From positions 5,108 through 69,107 of the forward strand of contig JANPFX010000083.1 of NCBI GenBank assembly GCA_031423635.1: DNA of 64,000 nucleotides, read 5' to 3'. Each line of letters opens with the position of its first letter. Within the stretch, counting starts at the first letter, position 1. The notes under the pieces are model-generated. The model searched no databases. It saw only the letters and a list, made by a program, of their open reading frames with translations, and had not been told where the DNA came from. The translations under genes were made by a program, and so were the position numbers. Origin of the DNA: Acidimicrobiia bacterium (GTDB taxonomy: Bacteria; Actinomycetota; Acidimicrobiia; Acidimicrobiales; JANYDT01). This document shows, in pieces, positions 49,117 through 56,208 of the stretch.

Positions 49117-49609
49117 GCCGGGCCATCTGCGCAGTGTGGACGGCGACGCAGGAGCGGGTGGCGTCGTCCGCGTCGACGCCACACCCGACGGAGGCGACGA
49201 CGACGACGTCGACTCGACCGAACGCCAGCGCCGACCAGATTGTCGTTCCCGCCCCGTCGTCCTCCGAAACCAATGCGACGGTCACCGAGTCGCAGTGCCG
49301 GACACCGGCGTTGCCGGCGTGCAGCTCCGACCACGAGTCGGCGACGCCGAGAACAGCGGCCGACGGATCCCCCAGCCGATAGAGCACCACCCGGGCCACG
49401 AGGTCCTGAGGATCGTCCAGCTTCCACCAGCACCTGAGCGCACCGACGCGGAAGCCTCGTGTACTCAGCCGACTTCGTTCGGCCTGCGGGTCCCGATGCA
49501 GCAGTGCAGCGTCCGGAAGGTCCAGAGCAGACGTCTCGACCTCGGTCGACAGCGGATCGAACGAAAACGACACGAGCAAGGCCGACAGTGACGGCAGTAC
49601 GCCGGTCAT
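49103..49609 (-). CDS. hypothetical protein (168 aa)
   Basis: A 4-nt overlap with the upstream membrane-protein gene suggests co-translation. No family was recognised. Confidence 0.45.
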   Translation of the reverse strand: MTGVLPSLSALLVSFSFDPLSTEVETSALDLPDAALLHRDPQAERSRLSTRGFRVGALRCWWKLDDPQDLVARVVLYRLGDPSAAVLGVADSWSELHAGNAGVRHCDSVTVALVSEDDGAGTTIWSALAFGRVDVVVVASVGCGVDADDATRSCVAVHTAQMARLTSP

Positions 49610-50169
49610 CTCACTGATCCCACGAAGGCGACGATCGAGAGGACCACGACGACCAGAGAGGCACCACGGCCGACTCGGAACTCGACCCGGCTCAGCCAGG
49701 CGCTCCGCTCAGCCATCTGCGTCCCGCTGCGAACGCTGGCCGACGAGACGTACATCGACAGTGCACGCATCAAGGCAAACACCAACGAGCCGACGACGAT
49801 CCACCCGGGACCGGAGATCGCCGCAACGACGAACGCCGCCCACCACACCCAGGAGACCAGGATCGTCGCCGGGCCGAAGCCCATACGGAAGCCGTAGCGC
49901 GCCGCGGCTTTCCAGGGCCCGAGGCGGTGTCCGTAGTCACGGGGGACCTGCCGGTGAACGGCGAGCGGACGGACCCCGCGGGAGCGGTTGACCGGGAAGG
50001 TGTCGAGACCGACTGCGAGGAGTCCGCCTGCTCCGGCGACACCGGCTGACATCGGGCCGATGCCGACGCCCTGGGCCACCAGAGCGGCAAGAAGTCCGGG
50101 GACGGTTCCGCCGATGAACGCCGAGAAGGCGAACACGGCGAGGTTGAGTGGCTGAAGCGCACGTCGCAC
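49606..50169 (-). CDS. hypothetical integral membrane protein (about 4 TM)
   Basis: The hydrophobic segments include NLAVFAFSAFIGGTVPGLLAALVA and LVSWVWWAAFVVAAI. There are no cysteines. Confidence 0.55.
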   Translation of the reverse strand: MRRALQPLNLAVFAFSAFIGGTVPGLLAALVAQGVGIGPMSAGVAGAGGLLAVGLDTFPVNRSRGVRPLAVHRQVPRDYGHRLGPWKAAARYGFRMGFGPATILVSWVWWAAFVVAAISGPGWIVVGSLVFALMRALSMYVSSASVRSGTQMAERSAWLSRVEFRVGRGASLVVVVLSIVAFVGSVR

Positions 50170-50267
50170 GGACGGGCTGACGGTCTCCGCGACCGATCGG
50201 CCTCACGGAGACCAGAGCGACTGAAGCCCGGCGATCGCGAAGAGAAGACCGGAGAAAACCTGCGCGC

Positions 50268-51821
50268 TTACTTCTTCGTCGCCTTCGTGGAGGACGTCGA
50301 TTCGGGAGCGGACGTCGTCGTCGTGGTTGTGATCGGCGCTGCACCCGGAGCGGTCCGCGGCGGCGGGGTCTGCGCCGGCGCAAAGCCGATCGGCCGCTTG
50401 TGACGGGCCCGCGGAACCACGCCGGGCACACTGGTCGACGGAGCCGGGCCGGACACACGGACCATCCCGATCGGACGCTCCTCGAGCGGTTGGGCGAAGA
50501 CCGGCAGACCGACCCCGTCGTCGTCACCCCGGAGGAACTGGCGGTCGTAGCCGTTGAGGGCGCCCTGCAACTCGAGCACGCCCGCGTCACCCAGCCCGCC
50601 GGGAACAGTGAGAACGCACTCGGCGACGGCGAACCGAGCCCGCCGGGCGACCAGCCAGTCGCGGAAGTCCGGCGAGATCACCGAGTCGTCGTGCACCAGC
50701 AATGGGCCGCCGACAGGAAGATAGCCACCACCCAGGCGCGCCGAGGACGCCGGGACGAACGCTAGACCGAAGGTACGACGGGGCTCGGCTGCGTCGAAGA
50801 GCCGATCGGCCAGGGCTCGGCTGAGCGTCCGCACGTTCCGACCGCTGATCCGCTCACCCTCGCCCACCAGCGAGGGATCGCCGGCGCCCTCGCCGACCAA
50901 GAGGCATGGACCAGATCGTCCGGACTGCCCGCGGAACGCGTTCACCGCATCCGTCCCGATCAGCAACGGCGAGCCGGTCGCTGCGGCGTAGGCGGACGCC
51001 GAGGCGGCAATGTCGAGACTCGGCGCGTCGGCACCGATGCACACCGCGCCAGTTCGTTCGGTCGAACCGGACACCAGGACGGCCACGTCCACGGAGGCCA
51101 CAGCGATATCGGTCGGCGAACCGACCAACGTCACTTCGATCGTCGCCGAACGCAGAGCGCCGAGCACGGCGTCGGAGACGCCTGCAGCGACGACAGTCGC
51201 CGAGCGGACCCCCAGTCGGGAGAGTTCGGGGAGCAGACCCGGCCGGAGCGATGCCGGGTCGGTGAGCACCAGTGGGGTTCCCGTGGAGTTCGCCAGCGGT
51301 CCGGCGATCGCCGCAGCCAGCACGTCGGCGGAAGCGATCACGACGCCCGGTGTCGATCCGGCGGGGCGCGTCGCGAGTCGGGCAAGCGAAAGGTCCGCGG
51401 CATCGGCGGCGTAGCTGCGTTCCAGCGCAACCTTCTGGAGCCGTGGATCCTCGAGGCAGCTCTCCACCATGCAGTACACGTTGTGCCCGTCGGGGCAGTA
51501 GCCGTGAACGTTCGGGTGGTTCCGCTTGCAGCAGTCGCAGATCTTCTTCAGACCGCCGTTGGTGCAGCAGCCGGGACTGGCGTACCAGCACCACCCCCAG
51601 ACCACGTCGGATCCGACGCAGTCATAGGTCGGGCACCTCGGCGACACGCCTGACTGCCCGCAGGCCCGCGCCTCGGCGCGAGTGGCGAACACGGAAGCCA
51701 GCGTCGCCCCGCCGGCGACGACAACCGCGGCCTTTCCCGTGGTGGCGATGAATGTGCGCCTCGTCGTCCGCGATGCCATCCACCGCGACGCGCGCTCGAC
51801 AACGCGGTCGAGGGAACTCAT
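50268..51821 (-). CDS. Tat-exported protein: 12-Cys MADH-light-chain-like module + three CWB2-like cell-wall-binding repeats + Thr/Lys tail
   Basis: Tat signal SRTTRRTFIATTGKAAVVVAGGATLASVFATRAEA. Cys module CGQSGVSPRCPTYDCVGSDVVWGWCWYASPGCCTNGGLKKICDCCKRNHPNVHGYCPDGHNVYCMVESC. There are three repeats of the type VVIASADVLAAAIAGPLANSTGTPLVLTD...ATVVAAGVSDAVLGAL. The ATG overlaps the upstream stop (ATGA). Confidence 0.75.
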   Translation of the reverse strand: MSSLDRVVERASRWMASRTTRRTFIATTGKAAVVVAGGATLASVFATRAEARACGQSGVSPRCPTYDCVGSDVVWGWCWYASPGCCTNGGLKKICDCCKRNHPNVHGYCPDGHNVYCMVESCLEDPRLQKVALERSYAADAADLSLARLATRPAGSTPGVVIASADVLAAAIAGPLANSTGTPLVLTDPASLRPGLLPELSRLGVRSATVVAAGVSDAVLGALRSATIEVTLVGSPTDIAVASVDVAVLVSGSTERTGAVCIGADAPSLDIAASASAYAAATGSPLLIGTDAVNAFRGQSGRSGPCLLVGEGAGDPSLVGEGERISGRNVRTLSRALADRLFDAAEPRRTFGLAFVPASSARLGGGYLPVGGPLLVHDDSVISPDFRDWLVARRARFAVAECVLTVPGGLGDAGVLELQGALNGYDRQFLRGDDDGVGLPVFAQPLEERPIGMVRVSGPAPSTSVPGVVPRARHKRPIGFAPAQTPPPRTAPGAAPITTTTTTSAPESTSSTKATKK

Positions 51822-52303
51822 CGAACGCCTCCGACACCGGACGAACCGAGCCTGGCTTCCCGGACCAGTTCTTCGATCTGCTCCAGTGAGTTCGCAACCC
51901 CGCGACCCCGGACGACACCGGCCGAATCAACCGCGACGACGTAGGGAGTGGACCTCACCGCCATTGCATCGAACACCGGCGCATCCGCGTCGAGGTCGAC
52001 AGTCTGCACGTGAAGTTCCCGGTACTGCCGGCGAAACGCATCGAGCGATGGACGAAGCTCCCGACAGAGCACACACGTCCGCGACGTGAAAAGCAGAACG
52101 GTGAGCACACTCGCCGACCAGTCGATACCCACAGCGGGTGCCCGAGCGTCGAGCTCGGGACCTTCGGAAGCGAAGTGCACACCCATCGGCGCGAGCCGCT
52201 GATGCAGGACCCCGATCTGGCGTAGCAGGGCCACCACGGCCACGGCGAGAACGGCCACGACGAGCCAGAGCGCCAGGAATGCGACGACCCAAGGTCCCGT
52301 CAT
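51818..52303 (-). CDS. MauD-like membrane-anchored thioredoxin-fold protein
   Basis: N-terminal TM WVVAFLALWLVVAVLAVAVVALL. CxxC motif in LLFTSRTCVLCREL. The C-terminal GVVRGRGVANSLEQIEEL resembles the MauD/TlpA-like end. Confidence 0.7.
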   Translation of the reverse strand: MTGPWVVAFLALWLVVAVLAVAVVALLRQIGVLHQRLAPMGVHFASEGPELDARAPAVGIDWSASVLTVLLFTSRTCVLCRELRPSLDAFRRQYRELHVQTVDLDADAPVFDAMAVRSTPYVVAVDSAGVVRGRGVANSLEQIEELVREARLGSSGVGGVR

Positions 52304-52304
52304 C

Positions 52305-52871
52305 TCACACGTCCGACCGGGAAGTGGGAAACACAGACCCGGTGACGAGCCTCAGTTCGGCCAAAGCGTGAATCAGAAGGCCGATGCTGACCACACCGAG
52401 GCCGACCATGAGACTCGCCAACCGCTCGACGGCGTCGATCGTCAGGACGGACGGGGCCGGCCAGGCGAGGAGCGATGCGGCAATCAGCCCGCCGTTGCGG
52501 AGAAGTGACACCGAGGTCACCGGGGTAGAAGATCCCGCGCCGAAACAACCGCAACGAACCGTTCGCCCCGTGGCGAGGGCCCGGCGGAGAAGCACCGCGA
52601 AGACCGCGAGAAGACCGGTGGCGGCGGCGGCGCCGGCCGCAGGAACGAAAAGAAGCATCATTGCCACGCCAAGTTCGACCGGGGCGACGAAGGAAGCGGC
52701 CACAGCGGGAACGCCGAGGGCGATCGTCGCCTCACCCGTTGCTGCGGGCGAACGGAGCTTGGCCACCGCTGCGACGACGAAGACGCCCGCGACGACGAAG
52801 GCACATGCCAGGGAAATCGTCGACAAGGAGACAGCCGTCAGTCGAGAAGGGAAAGCGCTTGTTTCGGACAC
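52305..52871 (-). CDS. MauE/DoxX-family membrane protein
   Basis: Four hydrophobic segments and the RCGCFG motif characteristic of MauE. The GTG start at 52871 overlaps the ferredoxin gene by 34 nt. An alternative start is the TTG at 52826. Confidence 0.7.
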   Translation of the reverse strand: MSETSAFPSRLTAVSLSTISLACAFVVAGVFVVAAVAKLRSPAATGEATIALGVPAVAASFVAPVELGVAMMLLFVPAAGAAAATGLLAVFAVLLRRALATGRTVRCGCFGAGSSTPVTSVSLLRNGGLIAASLLAWPAPSVLTIDAVERLASLMVGLGVVSIGLLIHALAELRLVTGSVFPTSRSDV

Positions 52872-53071
52872 ATGCGGACAGCGGTCTGGACGGCAACGCG
52901 TCGATCGGCTGATGGCTCCTCGTTCAGGATGACGAGTTCGTCGTTGTCGTCGATCTCGAAGATGTCGGGGGCATGACCGACGCAGAGTCCGTTGCTTTCA
53001 CACTTGGGACGGTCGACCGAGATGCGCACAGATTCATTCTGTCCGAACCGCGGAGCTACGCCGGGCATCAT
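52838..53071 (-). CDS. small [3Fe-4S]-type ferredoxin
   Basis: RISVDRPKCESNGLCVGHAPDIFEIDD...AVRMCPKQALSLL. The start was set at the MM pair (53071/53068). Confidence 0.8.
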   Translation of the reverse strand: MMPGVAPRFGQNESVRISVDRPKCESNGLCVGHAPDIFEIDDNDELVILNEEPSADRRVAVQTAVRMCPKQALSLLD

Positions 53072-53136
53072 CGGTCGCCCCGGCGGCCACCTGCCCGGTT
53101 GTGACTCTCGGCTCATCGTTCCCTACGTTGGTGTCC

Positions 53137-54402
53137 ATGACTTTTCGTGACGTCTTGGCGGTCGACGACATCAACCTGTCGGAACTCGAGTTCTGGGCTC
53201 GACCCCTCGCCGAACGCGAAGGCGCGTTTCACCGCCTGCGCACAGAGCGCCCGCTGGCCTTCTTCGCCGAGCCCAACATCGAGAGCGATCTGATTCCGGT
53301 CGGGCCCGGGTACTACGCGGTCACGAAGTACGACGACATCCTTGAGGTATCGAAGAACCCTGAGCTGTACTGCTCCGGACGCGGCGCCACATCGATCGCC
53401 GACATGCCCGATTTCATGCTCGACTTCTTCGGTTCCATGATCAACATGGACGACCCACGGCACGCCCGCCTCCGAAAGATCGTCTCCGCGGCGTTCACCC
53501 CGAGGATGCTCAAAGCCATCGAGGACCAGGTCGTCATCGCCGCACGGGAGATCGTCGACGATGTGCTCCGCAAGGGCGGCGGTGACTTCGTGACCGACGT
53601 CGCCGCCCGCCTTCCGCTCAAGGTCATCTGCGACATGATGGGGATTCCCGAATCCGAGTACGAGACCGTCTTCTCGAGGTCGAACGTCATCCTCGGGGCA
53701 GCCGACGCCGAATACGTTCCGCAGGGGAGCGCAGACGTTGTCATCAATGCGCTGCTCACGGCCGGAGGCGATCTCCACAAACTCGTCTCCGACCTGGGCG
53801 CGGCCCGACGAGCCGATCCGACGGACGACTTGACAAGCGCACTGGTGAACACCGAAGTCGATGGAGAGCGCCTCAGCGACAGTGAACTGGGGTCGTTCTT
53901 CATCCTCCTCGTCGTCGCCGGAAACGAGACCACCCGCAACGCCATCGCCCACGGGCTCGATCTGTTCACGAAGAACCCCGAACAGCGCGACTTCGTGGCC
54001 GCAGACATCCCTACGCGCATGCCGGGTGCGGTGGAGGAGATCGTCCGCGTCGCATCGCCGGTCGTCTGGATGCGACGCACGGCGACCAGGTCAGGGAGTC
54101 TTCGTGGCGTCGACTTCGCCGAGGGCTCGAAGTTCATCCTCTATTACTGGTCGGCCAACCGCGACACGGACGTGTTCACTGATCCGTATCGCTTCGACGT
54201 TTCGCGCTCGCCGAATCCCCACGTCGGCTTCGGCGGGCCCGGCCCGCACTTCTGCCTCGGCGCGCACCTCGCGCGTCGCGAGATCGGCGTGATGTGGAAG
54301 GAACTGCTCTCCCGCGCCCCGAAGGTTCAGGCCACGGCAGAGCCCGACCGTCTGCTCTCGTCGTTCATCAACGGCATCAAGCACCTCGAGTTCTCCGTCT
54401 GA
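53137..54402 (+). CDS. cytochrome P450
   Basis: Heme-binding loop FGGPGPHFCLGAHLARRE, I-helix VVAGNETTRN and the EIVR (ExxR) motif. The start is the ATG at 53137 (MTFRDV). Confidence 0.92.
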   Translation: MTFRDVLAVDDINLSELEFWARPLAEREGAFHRLRTERPLAFFAEPNIESDLIPVGPGYYAVTKYDDILEVSKNPELYCSGRGATSIADMPDFMLDFFGSMINMDDPRHARLRKIVSAAFTPRMLKAIEDQVVIAAREIVDDVLRKGGGDFVTDVAARLPLKVICDMMGIPESEYETVFSRSNVILGAADAEYVPQGSADVVINALLTAGGDLHKLVSDLGAARRADPTDDLTSALVNTEVDGERLSDSELGSFFILLVVAGNETTRNAIAHGLDLFTKNPEQRDFVAADIPTRMPGAVEEIVRVASPVVWMRRTATRSGSLRGVDFAEGSKFILYYWSANRDTDVFTDPYRFDVSRSPNPHVGFGGPGPHFCLGAHLARREIGVMWKELLSRAPKVQATAEPDRLLSSFINGIKHLEFSV

Positions 54403-54489
54403 CGGACCGATCCCGGTCTCGGAGAAAGAGGAGTCCGCGGAAGATCACGCGGATTCCAAAGTTGACGTGTGCGGATCTTGGATGACTCC

Positions 54490-55962
54490 TCACGATGCGG
54501 AGCGAAGGGCGCTCACCGTCCGGAGGAGCAACGTGAGCGCTGCGGCGGCACTCGCCGCGAGCAGTGCTGCGGTCGCCGCAAACCGAGCGGCCGGCGCGAG
54601 CTGACCGGACTCACTCAGACCGAGCAGGACTCCGCAGACGGCCACCGAGGCAACCACCGTGAACGCGACGGCACGGATCGGGAAGTCCACCCGCCACACG
54701 CGCTCGGACCGGACCAACCCCACAACGACGAGCAGCACGGATGTCGCCAACGATGCCCAGCAGGCACCGCTCTGGCCGAAGGGCGGCACGAGCGCCGCGC
54801 AAAGCGCGACATTCGCAACTGTTCCGCCGACCATGGTCTCGAACGCGGGCCGCCCGGTACCCACGATCGACGGGCCGGTGTTCACGATCGGTAGGGCGCC
54901 GCTGATGAGCATGGATGCCCCGAACACGAGGGATGGAACGGCGAGGTCGCGGAACCGGGCACCGAGGATGGGCAGCGCGACCGGGAAACCGGCGGCGAGG
55001 AAGATGCAGAAGAGGCCGGCGACGGCGGCGAAGCCGAGGAGCGCCGCCCGGTAGATGGGTTTGGCGCCCTCTCGGTCGGTAAGCGACAGGGCGTAGGGCT
55101 CCCAGGCCTGCTGCAGCGCCGTCGTGAAGAGTGTGACGACAGTCGCCAGCATGGCGACGACCTGGAACTTCCCGACCTCTCCGACGTCGGAGAAGGCCCG
55201 GATCAGCACCCTGGTGAGCAGCCCGAGGAGGAACGGCGACGCGACGGCCGGAAGCAGCGGCAGGCTGTAGCGCAGCATGATGCGCAGACGGCCGCGATCG
55301 ATGTGCGGGGCCCCGATGGTCGGCCACAGCTGCACGAGCCCTGCCACCGTGACGACCGCCCCGACCACCGCCTGGGCCGCAAACACCCCGGCGACCCCGG
55401 CATGTCCGACGCCGACCAGCCCGATGGTCAACAGCAGCGTGCCGAGCGCCACGGCACCGGCGACCACCAACGCGGGCATCGGCCGCCTCACCATCCGATA
55501 CCAATGCTGAAGGACGTTGATCATGGCGAGAGCCGGGATGGTCAGCGCAGCAGCCCTCGTGGCGCGCACCTCGCCCGCTGTTCCCTCGAAGACGAGCCGG
55601 GCGAAGGGTTCAGCCAGGATCACACCCACAACCGCCAGGAGTCCGGCAGAGAGCAGCGTCGCCCAGACCCAGGCCGAGAGCGTTCGTCGGCGATCCTCGC
55701 GAAGCGCGTCTCCGGTGAGGCCGGCCGCACCAGCCTCGTAGAACCATCTCGTCGCCCCCGAGTCGAGTCCTAACCCGGACGCGTACTGCAAGAGCAGCAG
55801 CGTCGAGGTCAGCAGCCCGAACACACCCAGTTCCGGGTCGGAGAGCCGGCGGGTCAGCAACGGCAGAAGAAGCACACCCGTGACCCGGGCGATGCCGATC
55901 GCCATCGCATAGACCGCTCCTTCGCGTATGGCCGACGGAACCTTCTCGATGCGACTCACCAC
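54490..55962 (-). CDS. polysaccharide/oligosaccharide flippase (Wzx-like, MOP superfamily)
   Basis: A 490-aa protein with about 12-14 TM segments. The N-terminus AIGIARVTGVLLLPLLTRRLSDPELGVF is typical of polysaccharide biosynthesis flippases. Confidence 0.75.
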   Translation of the reverse strand: MVSRIEKVPSAIREGAVYAMAIGIARVTGVLLLPLLTRRLSDPELGVFGLLTSTLLLLQYASGLGLDSGATRWFYEAGAAGLTGDALREDRRRTLSAWVWATLLSAGLLAVVGVILAEPFARLVFEGTAGEVRATRAAALTIPALAMINVLQHWYRMVRRPMPALVVAGAVALGTLLLTIGLVGVGHAGVAGVFAAQAVVGAVVTVAGLVQLWPTIGAPHIDRGRLRIMLRYSLPLLPAVASPFLLGLLTRVLIRAFSDVGEVGKFQVVAMLATVVTLFTTALQQAWEPYALSLTDREGAKPIYRAALLGFAAVAGLFCIFLAAGFPVALPILGARFRDLAVPSLVFGASMLISGALPIVNTGPSIVGTGRPAFETMVGGTVANVALCAALVPPFGQSGACWASLATSVLLVVVGLVRSERVWRVDFPIRAVAFTVVASVAVCGVLLGLSESGQLAPAARFAATAALLAASAAAALTLLLRTVSALRSAS

Positions 55963-56208
55963 GCGTCAGACCCGGACCGTCTTGTCGCCGTCAGCATCGC
56001 CGAAGGTTTAGCAGGCGGGCCGGAAACGATCGGAACCGACGATGTCACGGCCGGCTCCGGCTTGAACGAACGCAGCGCCGCTAGGGTCGGAACTGATGCC
56101 TGCCTCGACGTCAGCCTCGACAGGGCCCGAGCACGCAGTCGGACCACTGAACGGCGGTCTACGCCAAGCCGTGGACGTGCGAACGAACGTCATCCAGCTC
56201 CGGGTTCC

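Noticed and set aside
53072-53136. A micro-ORF encoding a RiPP precursor (biarylitide-type pentapeptide) upstream of the P450.
   Set aside because: There is no ATG-initiated mini-ORF with Tyr/His residues in the 66-nt spacer.
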